Shown here in pieces: positions 23,630-34,060 of a stretch of DNA of 64,000 nt. The translations under genes and the position numbers were made by a program. The notes under the pieces were generated by a model. That model was not told the origin of the DNA. It saw only the letters and a program-made list of their open reading frames with translations, and ran no database searches. Position 1 is the stretch's first letter. The number at the start of each line of letters is the position of its first letter. The DNA is from Alphaproteobacteria bacterium (lineage in GTDB: Bacteria > Pseudomonadota > Alphaproteobacteria > UBA828): contig CBDCCI010000001.1 of NCBI GenBank assembly GCA_965214705.1, positions 320,001 through 384,000 of the forward strand, read 5' to 3'.

Positions 23630-24387
23630 GGCGCCACCTCGCGATCTTCGTCAAGGAGCCAAGGCTCGGCCGGGCCAAGGCGCGCCTCGCCCGCGATGTC
23701 GGGCACGGAGAAGCCTGGCAGTTCTATCGGAGGCTGGTGCGCCGGGTGCTGCCGCCGCTCGCCCGCGATCCGCGCTGGAGCGCGTGGCTGGCGACGACGC
23801 CGGACCACTGGCGCGGGCAGGAGCCCTTCTGGCCCTTCGCCCTGCCCCACCTTGAGCAGGGCTCAGGCGATGTCGGCCAGCGCATGCTATGCGTCTTCCG
23901 CAGCCTGCCGCCGGGGCCCGCGATCATCGTCGGCAGCGACATTCCGGGCCTCACGCCTGCCCACGTGGCGCGCGGCTTCGCGGCGCTGGGCCGCGCCGAC
24001 ATGGTGCTGGGACCTGCGGAGGACGGCGGCTATTGGCTGATCGGGTTGGGGCCGCGGGCCCGCGCAATCGACCCCTTCCAGGGCGTGCGCTGGTCGAGCC
24101 CGTGGGCGTTGGCCGATACCGAGCACGCGCTGCCTACGGGGTTTCGGCTCGCGCTGGTCGACCGCCTTGCCGATGTCGACGACGGGGCCGCGTATTGGAA
24201 TTGGCGTGCCCGCACGAGGGGGACTTCAAGCCCCTGCACTCAGGCGAGCGACTCTTTGCGTTTGCGCGCTCAGGCGAGTGAGTCGTTGATTTCGCGCGCT
24301 CAGGAGAGCGCGACGCACTCGATCTCGATGTCGAACTCCATCGGCCAGGACGCCATGGCGACGAAGGTCCTCGCCGGCGGGTCGTGA
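23626..24387 (+). CDS. DUF2064/TIGR04282-like glycosyltransferase
   Basis: ATGA overlap with the upstream gene; IFVKEPRLGRAKARL, QGSGDVGQRM, IVGSDIP, LGPAEDGGYWLIG, DVDD. The reading frame continues into ridA antisense. Confidence 0.82.
   Translation: MRRHLAIFVKEPRLGRAKARLARDVGHGEAWQFYRRLVRRVLPPLARDPRWSAWLATTPDHWRGQEPFWPFALPHLEQGSGDVGQRMLCVFRSLPPGPAIIVGSDIPGLTPAHVARGFAALGRADMVLGPAEDGGYWLIGLGPRARAIDPFQGVRWSSPWALADTEHALPTGFRLALVDRLADVDDGAAYWNWRARTRGTSSPCTQASDSLRLRAQASESLISRAQESATHSISMSNSIGQDAMATKVLAGGS
24240..24310. repeat. 30-bp-period imperfect direct repeats of the ridA stop region
   Basis: tcaggcgagcgactctttgcgtttgcgcgc / tcaggcgagtgagtcgttgatttcgcgcgc / tcaggagagcg. Confidence 0.75.
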
Positions 24388-24692
24388 GGGAAGTAGCGCC
24401 CGTAGATCTCGTTCACGATCCGGTAGTAGGCTGCGTTGGTGACGAAGACCTGGCACTTCACCACGCGGTCGAGCGAGGAGCCCGCGCTCTCCAGCGTGTG
24501 CTTCAGCACCTCCATCACCTGCTCGGTCTGCACGTCGATTCCGCCCTTCACCATTTGGCCTGAATCGAGATCAAGGGGCGGCAGACCCGAGACGTAGAGG
24601 AAGCCGCCCGCGCGCACGCAGGGCGAGAGCGGCACGCCGATCTCGCGTATCGCGTCTGAGAGCTTGGGGATCTCGACGATTTCCTTTTCCAC
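24300..24692 (-). CDS. RidA/YjgF family protein
   Basis: LYVSG, SSLDRVVK, NEIYGRYF..PPART, DIEIECVA. Confidence 0.88.
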   Translation of the reverse strand: MEKEIVEIPKLSDAIREIGVPLSPCVRAGGFLYVSGLPPLDLDSGQMVKGGIDVQTEQVMEVLKHTLESAGSSLDRVVKCQVFVTNAAYYRIVNEIYGRYFPHDPPARTFVAMASWPMEFDIEIECVALS

Positions 24693-24704
24693 CTTCTCCT
24701 CCTC

Positions 24705-25253
24705 TTAAGCAGCGCCTCGGCGCTCCGTTTCTTGCAAGCGCGGCATCAGCTCGACCAGGTTGCAGGGGCGCCAGCGGTAGTCGAGCTGGTAGCGCAGGAT
24801 CTTGTCCCAGCCGTCCTTGCAGGCGCCCGGCGAACCGGGCAGCGCGAACAGGTAGGTGCCGCCGGCGACACCGCCCGTGGTACGCGACTGCAGGGTGGAC
24901 GTGCCGATCAGGTCGTAGCTGAGCTGGCGGAACAGCTCGCCGAAGCCGGGTATCTCCTTCTCGTAGACGTCGTGGAAGGCCTCCGGGGTAATATCGCGGC
25001 CGGTCACGCCGGTGCCGCCGGTGGCGATCACCACGTCGACTTCGGGATCGGCGATCCAGCCCCGGAGCGCCGCCACGATCTCCGCCCGCTCGTCGGCTAT
25101 GATGCGGCGGTCGGCGACGTGGTGGCCGGCGCCTTCGATCCGCTCCACCAGCACCCGGCCCGAGCGATCCTCGGCGAGCCCGCGGCTGTCCGAGACCGTG
25201 AGCACCGCGATGTTGACGGCGCGGAAAGGCCGCTTCTCGTCGATCCCGATCAT
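24705..25253 (-). CDS. moaB: Molybdenum cofactor biosynthesis protein B
   Basis: IAVLTVSDSR, DRSG, TGGTGVTGRD, IPGFGELFR, LPGSPGAC. Confidence 0.94.
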   Translation of the reverse strand: MIGIDEKRPFRAVNIAVLTVSDSRGLAEDRSGRVLVERIEGAGHHVADRRIIADERAEIVAALRGWIADPEVDVVIATGGTGVTGRDITPEAFHDVYEKEIPGFGELFRQLSYDLIGTSTLQSRTTGGVAGGTYLFALPGSPGACKDGWDKILRYQLDYRWRPCNLVELMPRLQETERRGAA

Positions 25254-26089
25254 GGCGCCGTCTCTCCATTCTTCATCTTGTCCTCGATGTCCAGCAGGTC
25301 GCGCCAGACCTCGCGCTTCGCAGACGGTGTGCGCAGCAGGTAGGCGGGGTGGAATGTCGCCGTGGCCTGGATCGTCCCCTCCATGCGCGGGGTCGCGAAG
25401 GGGAACCACTGGCCCCGCAGGCGGGTAATGCCCTCCCGCCGGTTGAGCAGAGCCTTCGCGGCGATGCCGCCCACCAGCACCAGGATGCGGGGCGCGATCA
25501 GCTCGATCTGGCGCTCCAGGAAGGGCTGGCAGATGGCGAGCTCCTCGGCGGTGGGCGAGCGGTTGCCGGGCGGCCGCCAGGGCAGCATGTTGGTGATGTA
25601 GACGGCTGAGCGGTCGAGGCCGATGGCGGCCAGCATCCGGTCCAGCAGCCGACCCGCCGGCCCGACGAAGGGGAGGCCCTGGCGGTCCTCCTCGGCGCCC
25701 GGCGCCTCGCCCACGATCATCAGCGCCGCTTGGGGGTTGCCGTCGCCGATTACGGTGTTGGTCGCCGTGCGCTTGAGCGCGCAGCCGTCGAAGGCGCGCA
25801 CGGCCGCCACCAGCTGATCGAGACTGATGCAGGCTGCGGCGATCTCCTGCGCGCTCCAAGTGGCATCACCGGGCGGAAGCAGGGGTGCGGTCGGTGGTGG
25901 CTGTGCGGGCCCGGCGGCTGGCGGCGGGGACGCCGCGACGGGCTCGGGCGTTGGCGGGGGCGTGGCTGCAATAGCCTGCTCGTCGGCTGCTTCCCGGTAG
26001 CGATCGCGCGGCGCGTGGTCGATCGCCTGGTCGACGCCGGCAAGCGTGTACCACTCCAGAAGCGCCCGGATCGCCTGGTCACCGCTCAT
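25250..26089 (-). CDS. Uracil-DNA glycosylase family 4
   Basis: GEAPGAEED, PFVGPAG, NMLPWRPPGNR, HPAYLLR. Confidence 0.92.
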   Translation of the reverse strand: MSGDQAIRALLEWYTLAGVDQAIDHAPRDRYREAADEQAIAATPPPTPEPVAASPPPAAGPAQPPPTAPLLPPGDATWSAQEIAAACISLDQLVAAVRAFDGCALKRTATNTVIGDGNPQAALMIVGEAPGAEEDRQGLPFVGPAGRLLDRMLAAIGLDRSAVYITNMLPWRPPGNRSPTAEELAICQPFLERQIELIAPRILVLVGGIAAKALLNRREGITRLRGQWFPFATPRMEGTIQATATFHPAYLLRTPSAKREVWRDLLDIEDKMKNGETAP

Positions 26090-26195
26090 CCAAGGCACGA
26101 TATCAGACCCGCCCCGCGCGGGCGATTGCAACGCCCGGCCCGGCGGCTCAGGATGGGGCGAACCGGCCATTCACACGCGGCAGGGGGAGAGAGGG

Positions 26196-27206
26196 ATGAG
26201 CGACTACGAGATTTTCGACGCGGGCGATGTGGTGCTGCAGAAGGGCGCGACGCTCAGGGACGCCAAGCTCGCCTACAAGACCTACGGCACGCTGAACGCC
26301 AAGAAGGACAACGTCATCATCCAGCCGACCTGGTATTCCGGCCATCACACCGACGTGGAGTGGACCATCGGCGAGGACCAGGCCCTCGACCCCCGGCAGT
26401 ACTTCATCATCGTGCCGAACATGCTGGGCAACGGCCTCTCGTCGTCGCCAAGCAACACGCCGGCGCCCTACGACAAGGCGCGCTTCCCCGGCGTGACGGC
26501 CTGCGACAACGTGCGCCTGCAGCACCGGCTCGTCACCGAGGTGTTCGGAATCGAAAGGATCAAGCTCGTAACCGGATGGTCCATGGGCGCGCTGCAGACC
26601 TTCCACTGGGGCTGCCTCTACCCGGACATGGTGGAGCGCATCGTGCCGACCTGCGGCTCCGCCAAGTGCTCGCGCCACAACTTCGTGTTCCTGGAAGGCG
26701 TGAAGGCGGCGCTCACCGCCGACGACGCGTGGAACAACGGCTGGTACGACGCGCCGCCCACCAAGGGGCTCCGCGCCATGGCGCGGGTCTATGCGGGCTG
26801 GGGTTTCTCCCAGACCTTCTACCGGGTGGAGGAGGACCTCAAGCTCGGCTTCTCATCGCTCGAGGATTTTCTGGTCGCGTTCTGGGAGGGGTTCTTCATT
26901 CACAAGGACGCGAACAACCTGCTCGCCATGCTGTGGACTTGGCAGAACGGCGATATTGGCGACAACGAGCTCTACAGCGGCGACTTCAAGAAGGCGCTCG
27001 CCGGGATCAAGGCCAAGGCCATCGTCATGCCGGGGCGCACCGACCTCTACTTCCCGCCGGAGGACAGCGAGATCGAGGTCGCCAACATGCCGAACGCCGA
27101 GCTGCGCGTGTTCGAGTCCTACTACGGCCACTTCGCCTCGAGCTTCCTCAACCCGGCGGACGTGGACTTCCAGAACGAGGCGATCAGAGAGATTTTGGTA
27201 AGCTAA
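26196..27206 (+). CDS. Homoserine O-acetyltransferase-like alpha/beta hydrolase
   Basis: LAYKTYGTLN, GNGLSSSPSN, GWSMG nucleophile, TDLYFP, YGH; strong RBS before ATG 26196. Confidence 0.85.
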   Translation: MSDYEIFDAGDVVLQKGATLRDAKLAYKTYGTLNAKKDNVIIQPTWYSGHHTDVEWTIGEDQALDPRQYFIIVPNMLGNGLSSSPSNTPAPYDKARFPGVTACDNVRLQHRLVTEVFGIERIKLVTGWSMGALQTFHWGCLYPDMVERIVPTCGSAKCSRHNFVFLEGVKAALTADDAWNNGWYDAPPTKGLRAMARVYAGWGFSQTFYRVEEDLKLGFSSLEDFLVAFWEGFFIHKDANNLLAMLWTWQNGDIGDNELYSGDFKKALAGIKAKAIVMPGRTDLYFPPEDSEIEVANMPNAELRVFESYYGHFASSFLNPADVDFQNEAIREILVS

Positions 27207-27249
27207 AATTGGCGAGCGAGATGAATGTCGCTCGAAGAGGGGGGACCGT

Positions 27250-27582
27250 TCAGGCGGCGTCGCGGGGACCGGAGCGCCAGGTAACGGCCTCACGCAGGCC
27301 GTCGAGCAGCCCTTCGAGCCGCGCCATGCGCTCCCGCAGCTCCGCTTGGCCTTCGCGCAACTCTGTTTGCCCCTCGCGCAAGGCAGCGATGTCGTCCTTC
27401 AACTCCGAGCGCAGGCCGGCAATGTCACCCTTCAACTCTGAGCGCAGCTCGGCGATGCTACCCTCGAGTCTGCGGGCATCGCCCTTAGCTTCTGCACGAG
27501 TGGACCGCATGTCCCCGCGCATCCACGCGAAGAGCCCGATGACCAGGGCGGCGAGGCCCACGAAGCCGCCGATCTCGACCAT
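27250..27582 (-). CDS. Small TM-anchored coiled-coil repeat protein
   Basis: Hydrophobic N-terminus, then IAELRSELKGD/IAGLRSELKDD and LREGQ repeats, ERMARLEG; start uncertain (27582 or 27594). Confidence 0.65.
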   Translation of the reverse strand: MVEIGGFVGLAALVIGLFAWMRGDMRSTRAEAKGDARRLEGSIAELRSELKGDIAGLRSELKDDIAALREGQTELREGQAELRERMARLEGLLDGLREAVTWRSGPRDAA

Positions 27583-27725
27583 GACGGCCCACAATCACCC
27601 GCGCGTTGAGCGCTCGTCAACGAGAAAGCTGCGGATATGACACGATCGTCATATCCGTGGACAGCGATGGTTATATCGGGTGGGCCACGCCAAAGTGATG
27701 GAGATAGGTTTCCGTCAGCAAAGCC

Positions 27726-28484
27726 CTACCCCCGCCCGATGAAGGGCATCGCCGTCGCCATCACGGTCATGAACTGAACGTTGGCATCGAGCGGCAGGCG
27801 CGCCATGTAGACCACCGCCTGGGCCACGTTCTCCACCGCCATGGTCGCCTCGGAGGCGATGGAGCCGTCGGCCTGCGGCACCCCCTGGCTCATGCGCTGG
27901 GTCATCTCGGTCGCCGCGTTGCCCACGTCGATCTGACCGCAGGCGATGTTGTACTTGCGCCCGTCGAGCGAGGTGGAGCGGGTGAGGCCGGTCACGGCGT
28001 GCTTGGTCGACGTGTAGGGCGCGGAGTTGGGCCGGGGCACGTGGGCGGAGATCGAGCCGTTGTTGATGATGCGCCCGCCCATGGGCTCCTGCGCCTTCAT
28101 GATGCGGAAGGCTTCCTGGGTGCAGAGGAAGATGCCGGTGAGGTTGGTATCGACCACCTGCTGCCACTTGTCGAAGCGGAGGTCCTCCAGCGGCACGGCC
28201 GGCGCGCTGATGCCGGCATTGTTGAAGAGCAGATCGAGCCGGCCGAACGCGGACATCGTTTCGGCGAAGAGCGCCGCGACTTGCTCTCGCTTGCCGACGT
28301 CGCAGGTCACGGCAATCGCCGTGTCCGCGCCCGCGTCGGCCTCGGCGATGGCTGCCTCCAGCGTATCCTGCCGGCGGCCGGAGAAGCCCACGGACCAGCC
28401 GTCCGCCAGCAGCGCGTGCGCCGCCGCCTTGCCGATGCCTTGCCCTGCGCCCGTGACGAGGGCGACCTTGCGATCCACGTTCAT
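27726..28484 (-). CDS. SDR family oxidoreductase
   Basis: [25 protein letters not shown]. Confidence 0.9.
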   Translation of the reverse strand: MNVDRKVALVTGAGQGIGKAAAHALLADGWSVGFSGRRQDTLEAAIAEADAGADTAIAVTCDVGKREQVAALFAETMSAFGRLDLLFNNAGISAPAVPLEDLRFDKWQQVVDTNLTGIFLCTQEAFRIMKAQEPMGGRIINNGSISAHVPRPNSAPYTSTKHAVTGLTRSTSLDGRKYNIACGQIDVGNAATEMTQRMSQGVPQADGSIASEATMAVENVAQAVVYMARLPLDANVQFMTVMATAMPFIGRG

Positions 28485-28587
28485 GGGCGATGTTCCCGCA
28501 TTCTTGCCGCCGGAGGCGGCGTGCATATCCGTTTCGAGGCGCCGCATATAGCATGGCGCCATACCATCGCGAAATCGGGCGGGAGTG

Positions 28588-30201
28588 TCATCGTGCGCGC
28601 TTGCGCGGGCGGAGATCGTGGCAGCCCGCAACCTCGCGCGGGTCGGTGCCCTCGGGGAAGAGCTTCACCTTCTGCACTTTCTGCGTGCTGGTGACTGGCA
28701 GCGTATCGAGAAACAGCAGGTAACCCGGCGCCTTGTAGTAGGCCAGCCGTTCCAGGCACATATCCTGCAGCGCCTCAGCCGCATCCCGATCCGCGCCCGC
28801 ACCTGGCGCCGGCACGATGCAGGCCATGACCTCCTCCTGGCGGAGCTCGTCGGGCACGGCGATGACCGCCGCCTGGGCCACGCGCTCGTCGGCCTGGAGC
28901 ACGGCCTCGACCTCGGCGGCGGCGATGTTCTCCCCGCTGCGGCGGATGATGTTCTTCTTGCGATCGACAAAGCAGAGCATGCCGTCGGCGGCCTGGGTCA
29001 CGACGTCGCCGGTGTGGAACCAGCCGCCCCGCCATGCCTCCTCGGTGGCCGCCGGGTCCTTCAGGTAGCCGGAGAAGAGACCGCTGCGCGGATTGTCGCC
29101 GGTCATCCGCAGCGTAAGCTCGCCCGGAGCGCCGGACGGCACCGCGCGGTCTTCGTCGTCCACCACCCGCACCTCGCAGCCGGAGAGCGGGCGGCCGAAG
29201 GCACGCGTGTCGGTCTGCCGCGGCTCGACGCTCGCCCAGGTGGGCATCGCAACCTCGGTCATGCCCCAGCCCTCGATCAGCGGAAAGCCGAAGCGCGCCT
29301 CGAAGGCCTCGTGGTGCTTGGGGTCGATGCCGGCGCCCGCACCGAAGCGGACGGCATGGGCACGGTCTTGCGGCCCCGGCGGCAGGCTGAGCAGCAGCGG
29401 CGGCATGATGCCCAGATAGTGGATGATCGTGGCCCCGGTAGCGGCTACATCGGCCCACCAGCTCCGGGGGTGGAAGCGGTCTGCCATGACGATGCAGCCG
29501 GCCGCGCTCAGCATCGCCATGCTGCCGATGGCGAGCGCGTTGGCGTGGTGGAGCGGCAGCGGGTTGAGCAGCCGCTCGCAGCCGTCGGCCAGCGCCATCA
29601 GGCCGCCGGCCTCCCGATACCAGCGGGCCGCGTTGAGGAAGTAGCGGTTGGTGAGGATGCAGCCCTTGGGTCGGCCGGTGGTGCCGGAGGTGTAGAGCAG
29701 CGCCGCCTCGTCATCGATGCTGGGTGCGCCGCCCACGCCTGCGCCGCCAGGAGGCGCCGGCAGCCGGGCCGGGAGAGCGGCGGCATCGACGATGGGCACC
29801 GAAGCGGCGCAGAGGCGGACCGCAGCCTCGACATCGGCCAGCCGCTCCGGCACCGAGACCACGAGCGCGGCCTCGGAGTGGTCGAGGAGATAGACCATCT
29901 CGTCCTGCAGGTAGGCCGGGTTGATGGGCACGATGCCGCAGCCGAGCGCGTTGAGCGCCCACCAGTGAAGGTGGAAATCAGGCCGGTTCTCCAGCAGCAG
30001 CGCGACGCGGTGGCCACGGCCGTAGCCTGCCGCGCGATAGAGGGCGCGGAGCGCCGCGACCCGCTCGCGCGCCACGCGGTAGCTGATCTCGACGCCGTCC
30101 GGATGGTAGGGCCTGCCCGCCATGGGCGGCGCGCAGAGGCAGCCGCCCTCCGGCACCCGCCGGGCCGCCGCCTCGAACAGGTCGAACACCGTCGCCGTCA
30201 T
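28588..30201 (-). CDS. AMP-binding acyl-CoA ligase (CaiC-like)
   Basis: [38 protein letters not shown]. Confidence 0.9.
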   Translation of the reverse strand: MTATVFDLFEAAARRVPEGGCLCAPPMAGRPYHPDGVEISYRVARERVAALRALYRAAGYGRGHRVALLLENRPDFHLHWWALNALGCGIVPINPAYLQDEMVYLLDHSEAALVVSVPERLADVEAAVRLCAASVPIVDAAALPARLPAPPGGAGVGGAPSIDDEAALLYTSGTTGRPKGCILTNRYFLNAARWYREAGGLMALADGCERLLNPLPLHHANALAIGSMAMLSAAGCIVMADRFHPRSWWADVAATGATIIHYLGIMPPLLLSLPPGPQDRAHAVRFGAGAGIDPKHHEAFEARFGFPLIEGWGMTEVAMPTWASVEPRQTDTRAFGRPLSGCEVRVVDDEDRAVPSGAPGELTLRMTGDNPRSGLFSGYLKDPAATEEAWRGGWFHTGDVVTQAADGMLCFVDRKKNIIRRSGENIAAAEVEAVLQADERVAQAAVIAVPDELRQEEVMACIVPAPGAGADRDAAEALQDMCLERLAYYKAPGYLLFLDTLPVTSTQKVQKVKLFPEGTDPREVAGCHDLRPRKRAR

Positions 30202-30299
30202 CGCCGCTCCGTTTGTTGACCGCCGCACCTGCGGGAAACTACCTTCTCGCCCGCCGATGACGCGTGCCGGACCCACCGGCCGCCGCCGGCGCGGAGACC

Positions 30300-31055
30300 A
30301 TGCCCATGGGCGCCATCGAGGACAAATTCTTCCACCAGCCCGCTGGCGAGGTGACGTTGCTGCCGCCGATCGATATCGACCTGGGGCGGACGGCGCTGAT
30401 CGTGATCGACATGCAATATCACGACGCCCACGCGGAACAAGGCGTCGTCGCCGCGCTGGAAAAGCTCTATCCGGGCTCCACCGCCTACTACGCCGAGCGA
30501 CTGTCGACGGTGGTGCCCGCCATCCGCCGCCTGCTCGACCACGCCCGCGCCACGAACCTCCAAGTGATCCACGTGGTGGTCGGCTCCAGCCACCGCGACC
30601 TGCGCGACTTCAACAAGCGGATGCGGCACTGGATTCTCGATTTGCAGGAACGCTCGGGCATGGCCGACTTCTACTGGACCGAATCGCCCACCTACCGGAT
30701 CCTCGAGGAGCTGACGCCGGCAGACGGCGAGACCGTGTTCCAGAAGCGGAGTTTTGGGGCCTTCAACAGCACCAATTTCGAGAACCTGCTGCGCGAGATG
30801 GGGATCGATACCCTGCTGGTTACCGGCTGCGTCACCAACTACTGCGTCGAGACCACCGTGCGCGACGCGGCGGACCGGGGCTTCGCGGTCGCGGTGATCG
30901 ACGAGGCGGTGGCGGGCTTCAGCCAGGAATCGCACGACGCGACGCTGGCCTCGCTCAGGGGCGGTTTCGCCGCGATGATCCCGACGGTCGCGGACACGGT
31001 GGCGATGCTGGACGAGCTCGCGGGCCGCAGCACTGCGCGCGCTGCAGCCGAGTAA
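30300..31055 (+). CDS. Isochorismatase-family cysteine hydrolase
   Basis: TALIVIDMQ, KRSFGAF, GCVTNYCVETT. Confidence 0.88.
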   Translation: MPMGAIEDKFFHQPAGEVTLLPPIDIDLGRTALIVIDMQYHDAHAEQGVVAALEKLYPGSTAYYAERLSTVVPAIRRLLDHARATNLQVIHVVVGSSHRDLRDFNKRMRHWILDLQERSGMADFYWTESPTYRILEELTPADGETVFQKRSFGAFNSTNFENLLREMGIDTLLVTGCVTNYCVETTVRDAADRGFAVAVIDEAVAGFSQESHDATLASLRGGFAAMIPTVADTVAMLDELAGRSTARAAAE

Positions 31056-31065
31056 GGGGCGAGGC

Positions 31066-31314
31066 ATGGGCAGTTTCTACGCGCCCGATCTTGGCCGCAA
31101 TCCGGACGATCCCTTCGCGCGCGATGCGGACGGCAAGCTGATCCGCCGCGCCTTCTGGCTCGACATGAGCGACCGCTCCCTGGTGCTGGCGATGACGCAA
31201 GGCATCGGCGCCGCGCTGAGCAACGATCACAAGCGCGCCCACCTCGCGGACATCGGCCGCGCCCACGTGATCGACCAAGTGTGCGTGCAGGAGATCCTGC
31301 CGCCCGAGAGATAG
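31066..31314 (+). CDS. Hypothetical protein (82 aa)
   Basis: GAGG RBS, protein-like composition, follows the hydrolase closely. Confidence 0.6.
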   Translation: MGSFYAPDLGRNPDDPFARDADGKLIRRAFWLDMSDRSLVLAMTQGIGAALSNDHKRAHLADIGRAHVIDQVCVQEILPPER

Positions 31315-31318
31315 AAGG

Positions 31319-32236
31319 CTACGGCTCCGCCGGTGTCTCCGGCTGGCGCCTGGCCGCGTGGATCAGCAGGGCAACGCCCGCCAGCATCAGCACCGCGGCG
31401 GCCCAGACGTAGGCGCTGTGGCTCTCCTGGAAGAAGAGAATGCCCCAGCCAAGGCCGGCCACCACCACCACGTAGTTGAACTGCGAGAAGAACACCGGGC
31501 CGGCCGCGCGCACGATGATCAGGAAGGTGATGTACATGGTGATGGTGACGCCAGCGGCGCCCAGGATCGCGAGATCGGCGACGGTGTCCGGCCCCGGCAC
31601 CACGTAGGTCTCGCCGAGCCCGATCATCACCGGCGCCAGCATGATCGCCGCCGCGGTCACGATGCCGCTCGCGAAGGTGAGCACCGGTGTCTCCGGCGGG
31701 TCGATCACGGCCGCGAGATTGTTGGTCAGCGCGAAGGAGGCGGGCGCCAGCAGGGCGAGCAGGAACCACACCACCATGCCGGGCTCGGGCAGGGAAAACG
31801 TCGGGATTGCCATCAGGAGGATGCCGACCACACCGCACAGCACGCCGATCAGGCTCAAGGCGCGCACCCGTTCCAGCCGGAGCGCGAGCGCGATCAGATA
31901 GGTGATGGGCGGCGAGAGGATCACCACCATGGAGAGGATGCCGGTCGGCAGCTTCGGCGCGAGCCAGGTGATCAGCGCGATCGGCGCGGCGATGCCGAAG
32001 AGCCCGAGCACGATATAGGCCTTGAGATGCCGGGCCCCCAGGCGCGGAAGCGCGCGGCGCCAGGCGGCGAGGATCAGCAGCAGGACCGCGGCGCCGAGCG
32101 TCTGCCAGAAGGTGAAGGCGACCGGCGGCGTCCCTGCCTCCACCGCGATCTTGTTCATGGTGAAGATGAGCGGATAGACCGCCCCAATCGTGAACAGCAG
32201 GAAGATCGGGAGAGAAAGCGGCCCGCGGCGCCGCAT
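31319..32236 (-). CDS. DMT/EamA family transporter
   Basis: About 10 hydrophobic segments; AGPVFFSQ..GLGWGILFFQE. Confidence 0.88.
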   Translation of the reverse strand: MRRRGPLSLPIFLLFTIGAVYPLIFTMNKIAVEAGTPPVAFTFWQTLGAAVLLLILAAWRRALPRLGARHLKAYIVLGLFGIAAPIALITWLAPKLPTGILSMVVILSPPITYLIALALRLERVRALSLIGVLCGVVGILLMAIPTFSLPEPGMVVWFLLALLAPASFALTNNLAAVIDPPETPVLTFASGIVTAAAIMLAPVMIGLGETYVVPGPDTVADLAILGAAGVTITMYITFLIIVRAAGPVFFSQFNYVVVVAGLGWGILFFQESHSAYVWAAAVLMLAGVALLIHAARRQPETPAEP

Positions 32237-32264
32237 CAGGCTTGTGGTCTAAGAAACGTGAAGA

Positions 32265-33062
32265 CTATTGGGCGGCGGCGGTGCGCTCGGGTTCCGACAG
32301 CAGGCAATCGTCGTCGAGCGGCTCGACCGGGGTGAAATCCCGGTGCGCGATGTACTCCGGCCGCTGGAAGCGCCGGATCGCATTGTCCACCCGGTTGGCC
32401 GAAAAATAGACCGCGCGACGGCCCCAGGGCGACATGTTGGGCGCGGAGCCGTGCACCAGATTGCAGTGGAAGAGCAGCGCCGCGCCGGGCTCACCCTTGG
32501 GTGCCACGATGCCGCCTTCCGCCACCAGTTTCTCGATGGTCTCGTTGTCGACGGTCCAGAGCGGGTAGCTCGTGGTCTCGAGATCGTGACCGGCCTCGAT
32601 CCGGCCGCGCCGGTGCGAGCGCGGAATGAACATCAGCGGGCCGTTGAACTCGTTCACCGGGTCCAGGTAGACGGCAAGGTTCATGGCCCGGGGCTCGGGC
32701 ATCAGGTCGTCCCGCGACCAGGTGCCGTAATCCTGGTGCCACTGCCAGACGTCGCCGTCGAAGGCGGCCTTGGCGTTCACCTTGAACTGGTGGATGTAGA
32801 CCGGCCCGCCGAGGATCTGCATCGCTGGCTCGACCAGGCGCGGATGGCGGGAAAGCCGCCAGTAGATGTCGCTGTAGGTGTGGACGCCGAACGCGGTGCG
32901 CACGGCGCCGTTGCGCTCGCGCACGATTTCCGGCCCCTCGTGCGCGAAAACGGCCGGCAGCGCCGCGCGCAACGCGGCTGCTTCCTCGGCCGAGAACAGG
33001 TCCGGCAGGAAGAGAAATCCCTCGCGGTCCAGGGTCTCGCACTGTTCGGCGGAAAGCTTCAT
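32265..33062 (-). CDS. PhyH-family Fe(II)/2-oxoglutarate dioxygenase (EctD/proline hydroxylase-like)
   Basis: WHQD (HxD) motif, NGPLMFIPRSH, VHGSAPNMSPWGR. Confidence 0.88.
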   Translation of the reverse strand: MKLSAEQCETLDREGFLFLPDLFSAEEAAALRAALPAVFAHEGPEIVRERNGAVRTAFGVHTYSDIYWRLSRHPRLVEPAMQILGGPVYIHQFKVNAKAAFDGDVWQWHQDYGTWSRDDLMPEPRAMNLAVYLDPVNEFNGPLMFIPRSHRRGRIEAGHDLETTSYPLWTVDNETIEKLVAEGGIVAPKGEPGAALLFHCNLVHGSAPNMSPWGRRAVYFSANRVDNAIRRFQRPEYIAHRDFTPVEPLDDDCLLSEPERTAAAQ

Positions 33063-33116
33063 CGGTCGCTCCCTCCTGCGCCTCGCGCTCAAATTGCGCC
33101 CAGAGCGGCGGGTGCG

Positions 33117-34055
33117 TCAAGACGCCGGATCGCCTGCCTTGCCCTTCGGCGCAGCGGGCCGGTTGACCAGGAAGAGCCCCGCAAGCATGAGCACGAGCGC
33201 GAGCCAGATCCAGTAGCTGTGGCTCTCGCCGAAGAAGAGCACGCCCCAGCCGATGCCGGTGAGCGGGATCATGAAGTTGACCGTGGTGAAGAACACGGGG
33301 CCGGCGAGGCGGATGATCTCGACCATCAGGTAGAAAACCAGCGCCGTGACTCCCGCAGCGGCGGCCAGCGCCCAATGGCCGTCGGTCATCGGCCCTTCGA
33401 ACCACCACCACTGGCCGGTTGCCGCCATGACGACGAACATGAAGGCGGCCCCGGTTGCGAGTATGCCGCCGGCGAGCGGCAGCGCGCCGTCGGGCGGCGG
33501 CTTGAGCCACGAGATGATCAACGCGTTCGCGACATAGAGCACCGGGCCGACGAAGCTCAGCAGCACCCAGGGTGCCATGTCGCGGCTGGGCAGGCTGGTC
33601 TCGGGCACGACCACGAGCGCCACGCCGCCGACGCCGAGGACCAGCCCGATGGTGCGGATCGCGCGGAAGCGGTCCATGCGAAAGAGCGCGGCGGCCGGGT
33701 AGGTGAGGATGGGCGTGAGCGTCGCGCCCAGCCCGAGCACGCCCGCCGGCACCTTGGGCGCGACGAAGGCCAGCACGGTGTAGGTCATGCCGAAGGAGAT
33801 CGTGCCGAGCACGAGATAGCCGCGCATATGCTCCCACGAGAGCTTGGGCAGCGTGCGGAACACCGCGCCGAATGCCAGCAGGATGAGCGCGGCGCCGGTC
33901 CCCATCCAGAACACGTAGGGAATGAAGGGAATGCCGTCGGTGGTCGCCAGCCGATTGAGCGAATAGAGGATGCCCCAGCCTAAGGCGGAAACGACCAGCA
34001 AGACCGCCGGCCAAAGGAGCGCGTGTGCGCCGCCGCGCGGTGCAGGTTCTGGCAC
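33117..34055 (-). CDS. DMT/EamA family transporter
   Basis: Hydrophobic, paralogous to 31319-32236 (AGPVFF..GIGWGVLFFGE); start inferred at GTG 34055. Confidence 0.85.
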   Translation of the reverse strand: MPEPAPRGGAHALLWPAVLLVVSALGWGILYSLNRLATTDGIPFIPYVFWMGTGAALILLAFGAVFRTLPKLSWEHMRGYLVLGTISFGMTYTVLAFVAPKVPAGVLGLGATLTPILTYPAAALFRMDRFRAIRTIGLVLGVGGVALVVVPETSLPSRDMAPWVLLSFVGPVLYVANALIISWLKPPPDGALPLAGGILATGAAFMFVVMAATGQWWWFEGPMTDGHWALAAAAGVTALVFYLMVEIIRLAGPVFFTTVNFMIPLTGIGWGVLFFGESHSYWIWLALVLMLAGLFLVNRPAAPKGKAGDPAS

Positions 34056-34060
34056 GTGCG

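Noticed and set aside
24240-24310. Possible mini CRISPR array (also considered for 5019-5111)
   Set aside because: The period is only 27-30 bp, there are no unique spacers of CRISPR length, and there are no cas genes.
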